Shown in pieces: positions 8,914 through 17,567 of a stretch of DNA of 64,000 nucleotides (its first letter is position 1; each line of letters opens with the position of its first letter). Origin of the DNA: an uncultured Bacillota bacterium (GTDB lineage Bacteria; Sysuimicrobiota; Sysuimicrobiia; Sysuimicrobiales; Segetimicrobiaceae). Both the position numbers and the translations under genes were made by a program. The stretch spans positions 608,001-672,000 of the forward strand of contig CAWDRG010000009.1 in assembly GCA_963804645.1 (NCBI GenBank), read 5' to 3'. The notes beneath the pieces were generated by a model, which worked only from the letters and a program-made list of their open reading frames with translations, had not been told where the DNA came from and made no database searches.

Positions 8914-10706
8914 GGAAGTTCGCGGGATCGTGCGAACCCGGGGACGGCCGGTGGGTCCAGTCCCGGCCGGCGCCGGAGATCTTCGGGGCGCTGCACGTGT
9001 TGTACCGGGGATACATCGCCAACCGGGCCCACCTCGCGGCCGAGGCGCACGCACGGGGCGCCGCGCTGCCGGACTGCGCGGACGGGCGGCTGTTCGCGCT
9101 CGCGTACTCGTGGTGGGGCGCCGACCTTCAGGCGCACGTCACCGGCGAGTACGCGGTGGCGGTCCTCGACACCGACCAGCGCACGCTGGTGCTGACGCAC
9201 GACGCGCTGGGCGTCGTGCCCGTGTTCTACGCCGAACGCGGCGCGGCGATCGAGTTCGCCTCGCACCTCGACGCGCTGCTCGAGATGACGGATGTCGGCG
9301 CGCTCGACGAGCAGTACCTCGCCGAGTTTCTCGCCTCGGTGAAGCCGCGGGGCGAGCGCACCCCCTACCGCGCGGTCCGCCGGCTGCTGGCCGGGCGGAC
9401 GCTGGTGCACCGGCGGGGCCGCGTCGAGCTCCTCGACACATGGAACCTGGCACGCGTGCCGCCGGCCGCCCGCGCTTCTGACGGCGAGTACGACGAACGG
9501 TTCCGGGAACTCCTCCGCGAGGGCGTCGCCGCGGCCCTTCCGGCCGCGGGCCCGGTGTGGAGCGAGCTCTCCGGCGGCCTGGATTCCTCGTCGGTCACAT
9601 GCGCGGCGGCGGAGTCGGGGCCGAGGCCCGTGCACGCGCTGTCGCTCGTGTACAGTCGATCGCGGACCGGCGACGAGCAGCCCTGGATGCGCACGGTCGT
9701 GGCGAAGTACTCCCTGCCGTGGCACGTGCTGGATGTCGACGCCACGCCCCCGTTCTCGGAGATCCCCACCGAGTTCTATGCCGAACCCAATCCCGTCATG
9801 CTGACGCCGGGTCTCTACCGCCGGTATAACGAGCTGATGGACGCCCACGGCGCCGCGGTGCTGCTGACGGGGCGGGGCGGGGATCTCGTCCTCGGCGGGG
9901 ACTCGCCGCAGCCGTTCTATCTGGCGGATCTGTTCTACCGCGGGCGGTGGGGCCGGCTCCTCGGCGGGCTCCGCGAGGTGCAGGGCGCCGGTACCGACGA
10001 GCGCGCCCTGCCGTTTCTGTTCTTCAAGAACGTGATGCAGCCGCTCGGTCGGTACGCCGCGCGGCTTGAGCTTGCCGACGGCGCCGACCCCGGTCTACCT
10101 CCGTACCTCCGACCCGAGACGGTGCGCCGGGCCCGCCTGCGCCGGTGGGAGCGCCGACGGGTGCCCACGCGATGCCGCTCCGTGGGCGGCCAGTACGTCT
10201 GGAACCGGTTGTGGAGCGTCTGTCTCGGCGCGGGGACCGCCGGCGACCAGCGCGCCGAGTCGTTCGAGTTCCGCTCTCCACTGCTCTACCGGCCGCTGGT
10301 CGAGTTCATGTTCGCGCTGCCGGCGGAGCAGATGGCTCGGCCGGGGCAGGACCGCGTCCTGCAGCGCCGCGCGCTGGCGGGGCTCCTGCCGGAGGTCGTC
10401 CGCCTCCGCCGGGGCAAACGGGGAGGGGAGCAGGCGTACTTCGAAGGGCTGCGGAACTCGCGGGCGTGGACCGAGATGCTGACCGATCGTCCCCGCCTCG
10501 TCGCGCGCGGGCTCGTCGACGCGGCGTCCTGGGCGGATGCGGTCGCCCAGGCGCGATTCGGGCGCACCCACCGGATGCCGCTGTTTCTGAACGCGTGTGC
10601 GATGGAGGTCTGGCTGCGGCAGATCGAAGGCCGCTCCCCGAGCCGCGAGGCCGCCGCGGAGGACCGCGGCGGCCTCGCCGGACCGATCGCGCACGGCGGC
10701 GTCTAG
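8910..10706 (+). CDS. Lasso peptide cyclase C (asparagine synthetase-like isopeptide-bond-forming enzyme)
   Basis: SELSGGLDSSSV, LTGRGGDLVLG, RSPLLYRPLVEF; no N-terminal glutaminase Cys; GTGA overlap with B gene. Confidence 0.92.
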   Translation: MRKFAGSCEPGDGRWVQSRPAPEIFGALHVLYRGYIANRAHLAAEAHARGAALPDCADGRLFALAYSWWGADLQAHVTGEYAVAVLDTDQRTLVLTHDALGVVPVFYAERGAAIEFASHLDALLEMTDVGALDEQYLAEFLASVKPRGERTPYRAVRRLLAGRTLVHRRGRVELLDTWNLARVPPAARASDGEYDERFRELLREGVAAALPAAGPVWSELSGGLDSSSVTCAAAESGPRPVHALSLVYSRSRTGDEQPWMRTVVAKYSLPWHVLDVDATPPFSEIPTEFYAEPNPVMLTPGLYRRYNELMDAHGAAVLLTGRGGDLVLGGDSPQPFYLADLFYRGRWGRLLGGLREVQGAGTDERALPFLFFKNVMQPLGRYAARLELADGADPGLPPYLRPETVRRARLRRWERRRVPTRCRSVGGQYVWNRLWSVCLGAGTAGDQRAESFEFRSPLLYRPLVEFMFALPAEQMARPGQDRVLQRRALAGLLPEVVRLRRGKRGGEQAYFEGLRNSRAWTEMLTDRPRLVARGLVDAASWADAVAQARFGRTHRMPLFLNACAMEVWLRQIEGRSPSREAAAEDRGGLAGPIAHGGV

Positions 10707-10827
10707 GGACGCGCCGCTGGAGGAAGACGCGTCCGCCCGCGTTGAACTTAAGCCGCGCACAGCAGTGTCATCGGGACGTGACGTGGCTGCGCCCGGTGTT
10801 GCCGACTCGCCACATGGAGGTGTCTCA

Positions 10828-10995
10828 GTGGGTTCTGCCAACGATCGCGAGTACCGCTCGCCGGAAGTCGTGTGTTTGGGCAAGGTCGTCCCGCTTACCG
10901 AGGGAGCCGACACCCTCGTCGCCGAGCTGCCCGGGGACCCGAGCGGCGGATACTACAAGCCGTACGCGGTGCCGGAGACAGAGACCGAGCGCTAG
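10828..10995 (+). CDS. Lasso peptide precursor A (55 aa): leader MGSANDREYRSPEVVCLGKVVPLTE, core GADTLVAELPGDPSGGYYKPYAVPETETER
   Basis: GGAGGT RBS then GTG; YxxP, LG, Thr(-2), Gly1 and Glu8 hallmarks; adjacent to B and C. Confidence 0.9.
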   Translation: MGSANDREYRSPEVVCLGKVVPLTEGADTLVAELPGDPSGGYYKPYAVPETETER

Positions 10996-11014
10996 GACGA
11001 ACGTTCGCTGGACT

Positions 11015-11134
11015 CCGCTCCGACCGGGAGGCAGGCAGGCGACATCGTTCGATCGGTCGGGTAGCGGGTGCGGCGCGGGTCCGCCGGGCCGGATGCGGCA
11101 CGGCGGACCTTCGCGTCTCCGCCGGCTGGGAGAC
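11015..11134 (+). other. Cluster of GC-rich stem-loops just 3' of the precursor gene
   Basis: CCGACCG/CGGTCGG stem; perfect GGTCCGCCG (11078-86)/CGGCGGACC (11101-09); GTCTCC (11115-20)/GGAGAC (11129-34) covering the next RBS. Confidence 0.5.
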
Positions 11135-11142
11135 AGATCTCA

Positions 11143-12414
11143 ATGACCCGCACGCCACAGCGGTCACATCTCATCGTCAACTTCTGCGACACCGCGTGGG
11201 GAGAAACAGTCCACGCGCTGACGATCGCGCGGGAACTCGTCGCGTCGGGCGACACGTGCGTCGTCCTCACGAACAACCGCGACCTGCTGCGGCTGTCCAA
11301 TCACTCCGGGCTGACCATCGAGGCGGCGGATCTCTCCTTGGGCTTGGAGCGCTGCATCGACGCCGCGGTGCGCCGCACTCCGGCCGGCTCGCTCATCCTC
11401 GCGGACTTCGCGACGTTCGACAACGCGCTGCGCAGAACACGTGAGGACCCGGCATTCGTGCGGCGCTACGGCCTGCCGACGATCGTCGTCGACACGTGGG
11501 ATTCCACCGAGAGCGGCGCGACGCAGGATTTTTTCGGAGACCAGCCCGTCCGCATCGGCGACTGGGCGGCGGGGTTGGGGGCTCGGCTGCTGCCGGCTCC
11601 GCCCGTGCGGCCCCATCCGCGCCCCGGCGTGTACGCCGCGCTGCTGGCGCCCGTCGCGCGCGGTGCGGAGCCGCGGCGGCTCGGCCGGGCGCTGTACGGG
11701 CTGCCGGCCGACGTTCCCGTCGTGCTCTTCTGCACCTCCGGATGGCAGCACGTCAGCTTCGAGGGAACCCGGGGCCACGCGCTCGCGACGGCGCTTCCGC
11801 ACGTGCTCGCCGGGTATCTCGCACAGATCGAGCCGGCCGTGCATCTCGTGCACCTCGGCCCCGAGCCGTATCCGCTGGGCCCCGTACTGGGGGAGCGGTA
11901 CCGCTGGGTGCCTCCGCAGGCGCCGGAGCGCTTCTCGGCGCTGCTGAGCTGCGTCGATGCCGTGCTGTCGGCGAACGTGTGGACCTCGACGATCAGCCGC
12001 TGCGTGGGATCGGGCGTGCCCGTGCTGATCGCGCAAAACAGCTGCCGGGCCGAGACGGTCGACGAGGCGGTCGCGTGGTTCGGGGAGCGCCCGCCGCGCG
12101 AGACCCTGGATCGCATCGAGCGGCTGCTGCCGCTCTACCCCTTTGGCCTGTGGCCGTTCGGCTGGTCCGCGTTTTTGGCCCCGCTGATGCGCGACAACAG
12201 CTATCTGCGCGCGGTCGAGCGCGTCGAGATCTTGCAGGAGCGCGCGTTCATCGAGACGTGCACCCGCGTGCTGTTTGACCGGGCGCGCCGGGAGGAATCG
12301 GCCAGGCAACAGGCCGCCTACGCCGACCAGGTGTCGCGGCTGCCTCGCGCCGCGGACGTCATCCGGAGTGCGATCGAGCGCTGCGGCGAAGCCCCCGCGG
12401 AGCCGCGGGCGTAG
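11143..12414 (+). CDS. Uncharacterised protein, probable GT-B-fold glycosyltransferase-like (reminiscent of DUF6365)
   Basis: AWGETVHALTIARELVASGDTCVVLT N-terminus, LILADF, and LLSCVDAVLSAN...TISRCVGSGVPVLI resemble GT-B Rossmann-domain motifs; family name recalled, not searched. Confidence 0.55.
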   Translation: MTRTPQRSHLIVNFCDTAWGETVHALTIARELVASGDTCVVLTNNRDLLRLSNHSGLTIEAADLSLGLERCIDAAVRRTPAGSLILADFATFDNALRRTREDPAFVRRYGLPTIVVDTWDSTESGATQDFFGDQPVRIGDWAAGLGARLLPAPPVRPHPRPGVYAALLAPVARGAEPRRLGRALYGLPADVPVVLFCTSGWQHVSFEGTRGHALATALPHVLAGYLAQIEPAVHLVHLGPEPYPLGPVLGERYRWVPPQAPERFSALLSCVDAVLSANVWTSTISRCVGSGVPVLIAQNSCRAETVDEAVAWFGERPPRETLDRIERLLPLYPFGLWPFGWSAFLAPLMRDNSYLRAVERVEILQERAFIETCTRVLFDRARREESARQQAAYADQVSRLPRAADVIRSAIERCGEAPAEPRA

Positions 12415-12466
12415 CCGCCGGCCGATCTCGGCCGCCGCCGCGGAGAGCCGCGCGGTCGCGTTGACG

Positions 12467-14014
12467 CTAGGGCCGCATCCAGGCCGCCCGGAACCGCATC
12501 ATCGTATCGGGGATCCCGGGCACGCCATGGATCCGCCGGTCCATGCCGACCATGAGGTTCTCGAACGCGAGGAACGTCCACGGCGCATCGTCGACCAGTT
12601 GGTGCTGGAGCTGCCGGTAGAGCTGGACCCGCGCGGGACCGTCCGGGACCACCCGGGTCTCCTCGAACAGCGCGTCGACGATCGGGTTGCTGTACCCATC
12701 CGAGTTCACGGTGCCTTGGGAGCTGAAGTAGTTGTACATGGTGCCGTCGATGTCGGGGCGGAGCGTCACCGAGCCGATGAAGGCCTGGTAGCGCTTGGCC
12801 GCGATCCGCTCACGCAGCGTCGCTGGGTCGTCGGTCTGCACGGTGACGGTGATCCCGGCCCCCGCCGCCTGGGTCTTGACCAACTGCGCCAGCCGGGCGG
12901 CGTCCTGGGACGTGGAGATGTCGAGCGTGACGGTGAACCCCTGCGGCTGTCCGCCCTCGGCGAGCTTCGCGCGGGCCTCCGTGAGGTTCGTCCCGATCCC
13001 CCAGCGGCCGATCGTCGGGTCGAAGTACTGCTGGTACACGGGCGAGATCGGACCGTACGCCGGCCGCGCCTGCCCGGCGTAGACCGTCGTCACGATCTGA
13101 TCCCGGTTCAGCGCGTAGGAGATCGCCTGCCGGAGCGCCTTGTTGTTGAAGGGCGGGATCGCGTTGTTGAGCCGGAGCACCGGCCACCGCGCCCCGGCGA
13201 GCGAGAGGGTCCGGAACCGGTTGTCGGCCCCGATCGCGTGCTGCTGATCGGCCGGGACCGTGTCGATGACATTGACGACGCCGGCTCTGAGGTCTTCGAC
13301 CTGCACCGTCACGTCGGGGATCGGCCGGTAGACGAGCCCGTCGAGATACGGCAGGCCGCGCTCCCAGTAGCCGGCGAAGCGCTTGACCGCGAGATGATCG
13401 TTGGTCACCCACTCCACGAAGCTGAACGGACCGGTGCCGACCGGGTGCAGCCCGTACTGGGCGCCCCACTTCCGGACCGCGGTCGGCGACGAGATGAAGC
13501 CGGGGCCGTCGGTAAACCAGGCGAGCAGCGGCGTGAACGGCCCGGTGAGATCGAGGGCGACCGCCGAGGGGCTCACGACGCGGACGGCTTTGATGGACGC
13601 GAGGCCCGCCCGGAACGCCGAACCGCTCGCGGGGTTCAGGATCCGGTCGATGTTGAACTTGACGGCGGCCGCATCGAACGGGGTGCCGTCCTGGAACCGC
13701 ACGCCGCGCTGCAGCTGCAACGTGACGCGCGTGCCGTCGGGCGAGACCGTCCAGCTCTTGACGAGCCCCGGCGTGATGGCGAACGCGGGGTCGCGTGCAA
13801 GCAGCGGGCTGTAGATCGAGTACAAGATCTGCCGCTCGGAGGCGCGCGTGTAGCGGGCCGGATCCATGGTGTCCCAGGTGCCGCCGATTGCGACGGTGAG
13901 CGTGCCTCCGCGCGTTGGCGGCGGGACCGGCGTCGCCGACGCGGCGGCGCCGCTTCCCGCGAGCATCAGGGCCGCCGCGGCGGCCGCGGCGCGGATCGCG
14001 ACTCCGGGCATCAT
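12467..14014 (-). CDS. ABC transporter substrate-binding protein, family 5
   Basis: Signal peptide; GVRFQDGTPFDAAAVKFN, PVGTGPF, LRQAISYALNR. Confidence 0.92.
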   Translation of the reverse strand: MMPGVAIRAAAAAAALMLAGSGAAASATPVPPPTRGGTLTVAIGGTWDTMDPARYTRASERQILYSIYSPLLARDPAFAITPGLVKSWTVSPDGTRVTLQLQRGVRFQDGTPFDAAAVKFNIDRILNPASGSAFRAGLASIKAVRVVSPSAVALDLTGPFTPLLAWFTDGPGFISSPTAVRKWGAQYGLHPVGTGPFSFVEWVTNDHLAVKRFAGYWERGLPYLDGLVYRPIPDVTVQVEDLRAGVVNVIDTVPADQQHAIGADNRFRTLSLAGARWPVLRLNNAIPPFNNKALRQAISYALNRDQIVTTVYAGQARPAYGPISPVYQQYFDPTIGRWGIGTNLTEARAKLAEGGQPQGFTVTLDISTSQDAARLAQLVKTQAAGAGITVTVQTDDPATLRERIAAKRYQAFIGSVTLRPDIDGTMYNYFSSQGTVNSDGYSNPIVDALFEETRVVPDGPARVQLYRQLQHQLVDDAPWTFLAFENLMVGMDRRIHGVPGIPDTMMRFRAAWMRP

Positions 14015-14049
14015 GGCGCGGGCGGCGGCTGCGTCACGTCGGCGGCCGA

Positions 14050-14721
14050 CTACGCGATCACGATCGTGCCGCCGGGGGCATCCACTTCCACCGCCACCAC
14101 GCCCGCGGTCTTGGCGGGCTCGACGCTGGTCGACGCCGCGATTTCATCCCCCAGCAGCCAGGCGAGCTGGCGCGCGGCGACCGCGGGATTCGGATCCCCG
14201 AGCCGCAGCCGCCGGATGCCCCGCGCCCCGGAGGGATGCGTGACGGGCATCGCGCCGGGATGCTGGTCGGGCGTCACGCCCCACTCGATGAGGAACGGCA
14301 GCAGGCTCGATTCGTGCGGCGGCGTGAGCATCAGCGAGCGCCAGCGGAGGGTCACGCCGTCGGGGCGCGTCCGGGCTCCCTCGTACGGCTCGTGCAGCTT
14401 GAGCCCCGCGCGCTGGAGCTGCGCCCGCAGTCCCAGCAGACGATCGGTGCGCGCCGCCCACGTGACAAACGTCCGGCCCTCCTGGATCGCCCGGGCGACG
14501 CGCGCGGCGCTCGCCGACGCCTCTCCCGGGTCGACCACCGCGATCAGCTCGAGGTAGGAGGTGCCGAGCGGCACGATCATGTTGCCGGTCCCCGCCCCTG
14601 GGTGGCGTCCTCCCTCGATCGCGCGGAGCCCGTACGCGTCCTCCATCTTCCGCGCTCCCTCGGCGAGATCGGGCACGGCGATCAGGACGTGGTCGATCCA
14701 CACGCGCGGACGCTCGAGCAC
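14050..14721 (-). CDS. VOC / glyoxalase-like family protein
   Basis: IDHVLIAVPDL, GGRHPGAGTGN, YLELIAV, LPFLIEW. Confidence 0.85.
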   Translation of the reverse strand: MLERPRVWIDHVLIAVPDLAEGARKMEDAYGLRAIEGGRHPGAGTGNMIVPLGTSYLELIAVVDPGEASASAARVARAIQEGRTFVTWAARTDRLLGLRAQLQRAGLKLHEPYEGARTRPDGVTLRWRSLMLTPPHESSLLPFLIEWGVTPDQHPGAMPVTHPSGARGIRRLRLGDPNPAVAARQLAWLLGDEIAASTSVEPAKTAGVVAVEVDAPGGTIVIA

Positions 14722-14763
14722 TCGGGATCCCTCCTGTGTGGTGCGTCTCGGACCGGCGCGCGG

Positions 14764-15726
14764 CTACTGGAACTTGGGCAGCACTTCGTGCATCACGCGG
14801 CGCAGCTGCCCCAGTTGATCCCAGCTCGTGCAGCGCAGCCCGATCGAGTCGATGCCCATGCGCTCGTAGACGCGGAGATGCTCGACGCACTCCTCGGGCG
14901 ACCCGGCGGCCGTCCAGCTGGCGACGCGGTCCATCGGGGTGTCCATCGTATAGTACGTGTCGAGGAAGCGCTTCGACTCGGCGAGCGCGGCGTCCCGGTC
15001 CTCGTTGACGTTGATGTTGTGGTACAGGCACGTGGGGAACTGGGCGGGATCGCGCCCAAACTCGCGCACCTTGTTCCGGACGTCCTGCAGCCGCCACGCC
15101 ACGTCTTCCGGATCCGACAGCGAGGTCATCCACCCGTCGGCGTGCTGCGCGGTCCGGCGGTGCGTCCGTTCGATGACCACGCGCGAGGCGCGCGAGTTGT
15201 TGGCGATCCAGATCGGGGGCCGCTTCGCCGCGGGGCGAGGTTCGATGGTCACGTTGCGCACCCGGTAGTGCCGCCCCTCGAAATTGACGTGCTCCTCGGT
15301 CCAGAGGCGCCTGAGCAGCGTGATCCACTCCACGAGCCGCTCAACGCGCGCCTTGTTGTCGACGCCGTACTGCTCGTCTTCGACGGCCGCCCCGGCCTGC
15401 GGGACGATGCCGGTGCAGGCGACCAGCACGGTGCGGCCGTTCGAGAGCAGGTCGAGGCTCGCCCACTGGTACGCCAGCAGCAGGGGATCGCGCAGCGGAA
15501 AGCTCGCCATGCACGCCGGCCCGATGCGGAGGCGTCTGGTGCGCGCGGCGACGCCGGCCATGAGGGTGATCGACTCCATGCGCGGCTTCGCGAAGAAGCT
15601 GTCGCCGACCCAGAGGTACTCGAAGTGCTCCGACGTCTCCGCGATCTCGCTCATTTCGAGCATCCGGTCCGGCGTGATCGCCCCGAAGAGCACGCCGCGG
15701 TTCGGTAGGGTCAGCCCAAACTTCAT
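14764..15726 (-). CDS. LLM-class (luciferase-like) flavin/F420-dependent oxidoreductase
   Basis: MKFGLTLP, LWVGDS, WASLDLLSNGR, PPIWIA, ADGWM. Confidence 0.9.
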   Translation of the reverse strand: MKFGLTLPNRGVLFGAITPDRMLEMSEIAETSEHFEYLWVGDSFFAKPRMESITLMAGVAARTRRLRIGPACMASFPLRDPLLLAYQWASLDLLSNGRTVLVACTGIVPQAGAAVEDEQYGVDNKARVERLVEWITLLRRLWTEEHVNFEGRHYRVRNVTIEPRPAAKRPPIWIANNSRASRVVIERTHRRTAQHADGWMTSLSDPEDVAWRLQDVRNKVREFGRDPAQFPTCLYHNINVNEDRDAALAESKRFLDTYYTMDTPMDRVASWTAAGSPEECVEHLRVYERMGIDSIGLRCTSWDQLGQLRRVMHEVLPKFQ

Positions 15727-15934
15727 CGTGCCCGCACCTCCCTGTCGCCCGGGCGGGTGCGGATGCGCGGCCGCGTCGGCCGGCGCGGTCCGCTCCCGCG
15801 CGGTCCGTCAAGATTCCCCTCGCGCGCCCCGAGCCCCTGCGGGCGGACGGTCGAGGAATCGCCGCCGCCGCAGCGAACGTACGGAGCACAGCCGCGCAGC
15901 ACGCGGACGTCGTTTCCCGTCCTGGAGGACCGAA

Positions 15935-17554
15935 ATGTTGACGCGACGCAGTTTGTTGAAGCTGGGCGCGGGCGGACTCGCGGCGAGCGCGGTCGGGGCG
16001 CTCGGGCGCGGGTCGGCGGAGGCCGCCGCGCCGCCGTCGCAGGTCGTCATCGCGATTTGGGGCCTGCCGGTCCGCATCCTCGGCAGCAACGAGGCGGTCT
16101 TCTCGTACGTCAACCTGTTGATCAACGATTCGCTGACCGCGGTCGACGGCCAGGGCAACGTCAGCGGACGGCTCGCCGCGAAGTATCCCGCCTCGCCGGA
16201 CGGCAAAACCTACCTGGTGACGCTGCGGGACGCGAAGTTCCAGGACGGCACGCCGATCACCGCGCAGGACGTGAAGTTCAGCTACGAGCTGTATCTGCAC
16301 CCCAAGTACCCGACGACGGCGCCGGCGTTTCTCGAGATCGCGGGCGCCCAGGACTACAAGGCCGGGCACGCGCCGTCGGTCACCGGGATCACCGTGGTCA
16401 ATCCCCGCGTCGTGCGGTTCATTCTGAACCGCCCGTATCCGTTCTTTTACGAGCAGATCGGGACGGCGGCGGTGCTGCCGGCGCACGCGCTCGCGAACGT
16501 CGACGTCGCGCGGCTCCAAGAGGCTCCGTACGCGCGGAAGCCGATCGGCGCGGGGCCGTACCACCTCGCGGACTGGCGTGAAACGGAGAGCATCACGTTC
16601 GAGGCGTTTCACGATTACTGGGGCGGCGCGCCGACGCTGCCGCGCGTGGTGTTCAAGCTGATCACGGAAGACGCGACCGTGCTGGCGGAGCTGCACGCCG
16701 GCAACATCGACGCGGGGCGCATCCTGCCCGAGGCCTACAGCCAGTTCCAGAACGACGCGCGCGTCTCGACGCTGCGCGTGCCGGGGGACACGTTCTATTG
16801 GTTCGCGCCGAACTTCAAGGATCCGATGTTCCAGGACGTCCGGGTCCGCCAGGCGATGGCCTACGCCGTCAACCGCGAGGAGATGCTGCAGGCGCTGTAC
16901 CGCGGGCTCGGGACGGTCGCCCAGAGTCCGATCCATCCGAGCCTCTGGCAGTACGACAAGCAGCTCAAGGGCTACACGTACGACCCCACGAAGGCGAAGC
17001 AGTTGCTGGCCGAGGCCGGGTGGACGCCCGGGCCGGACGGGATCGCGCAGAAGAACGGGCAGCCGCTCCGGGCGAAGTACGGCTTCCTCGCCGGCAAGGA
17101 CTATCAGGATCAGGCCCTCCTGATCCAGCAGTATCTCCGCGCGGTCGGGATCGCCATCGACGTGCAGTCGCTCGAGCGCGGGGACTTCTTCAGCCGGTAT
17201 TTCGTGCCGGGCGCGCCGATCGAATTGGTCGGCATCGCGTGGTTCAACCTGATCTTTCCGCCGCAGGCGGAGCTCGAGGGCAACTTCATGAGCACCGGGG
17301 CGACGGCGCAGATCATCGGGTACAACAACCCGAAGATGGACCAGCTGCTGCAGCAGGTCGTGCTGACCACCGACCGCAAGGTGCAGAAGGGCCTGTACGA
17401 TCAGATCCAGGAGCTGGTGATCTCGGACGCCCCGCACATCCTGACGATCCGGCCCGACGTGATCTGGGGTCTCAACAAGACGTTCGTCCTGCCGAGCGGG
17501 GTCACTTCGCTGCGCGACTTCTTCGGGTCCCTGCCGCGGTGGAAGACCCGCTGA
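15935..17554 (+). CDS. ABC transporter substrate-binding protein, family 5, Tat-exported
   Basis: GGAGG RBS; MLTRRSLLK Tat motif; KFQDGTPITAQDVKFS, PIGAGPY, VRQAMAYAVNR. Confidence 0.92.
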   Translation: MLTRRSLLKLGAGGLAASAVGALGRGSAEAAAPPSQVVIAIWGLPVRILGSNEAVFSYVNLLINDSLTAVDGQGNVSGRLAAKYPASPDGKTYLVTLRDAKFQDGTPITAQDVKFSYELYLHPKYPTTAPAFLEIAGAQDYKAGHAPSVTGITVVNPRVVRFILNRPYPFFYEQIGTAAVLPAHALANVDVARLQEAPYARKPIGAGPYHLADWRETESITFEAFHDYWGGAPTLPRVVFKLITEDATVLAELHAGNIDAGRILPEAYSQFQNDARVSTLRVPGDTFYWFAPNFKDPMFQDVRVRQAMAYAVNREEMLQALYRGLGTVAQSPIHPSLWQYDKQLKGYTYDPTKAKQLLAEAGWTPGPDGIAQKNGQPLRAKYGFLAGKDYQDQALLIQQYLRAVGIAIDVQSLERGDFFSRYFVPGAPIELVGIAWFNLIFPPQAELEGNFMSTGATAQIIGYNNPKMDQLLQQVVLTTDRKVQKGLYDQIQELVISDAPHILTIRPDVIWGLNKTFVLPSGVTSLRDFFGSLPRWKTR

Positions 17555-17567
17555 TCCGGACGGCCGC

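Noticed and set aside
8910..10706. Housekeeping asparagine synthetase AsnB
   Set aside because: It has no N-terminal Cys glutaminase motif and is coupled to a lasso B gene and precursor.
10744..10771. ECF sigma promoter (GAACTT...GTCA) upstream of the precursor
   Set aside because: The spacer is 1-2 nt longer than the usual consensus, so it cannot be supported from sequence alone.
10814..11146. ATG at 10814 as the precursor start (MEVSQWVLPT...)
   Set aside because: It is in a different frame with no lasso motifs; its GGAGG serves as the RBS for GTG 10828.
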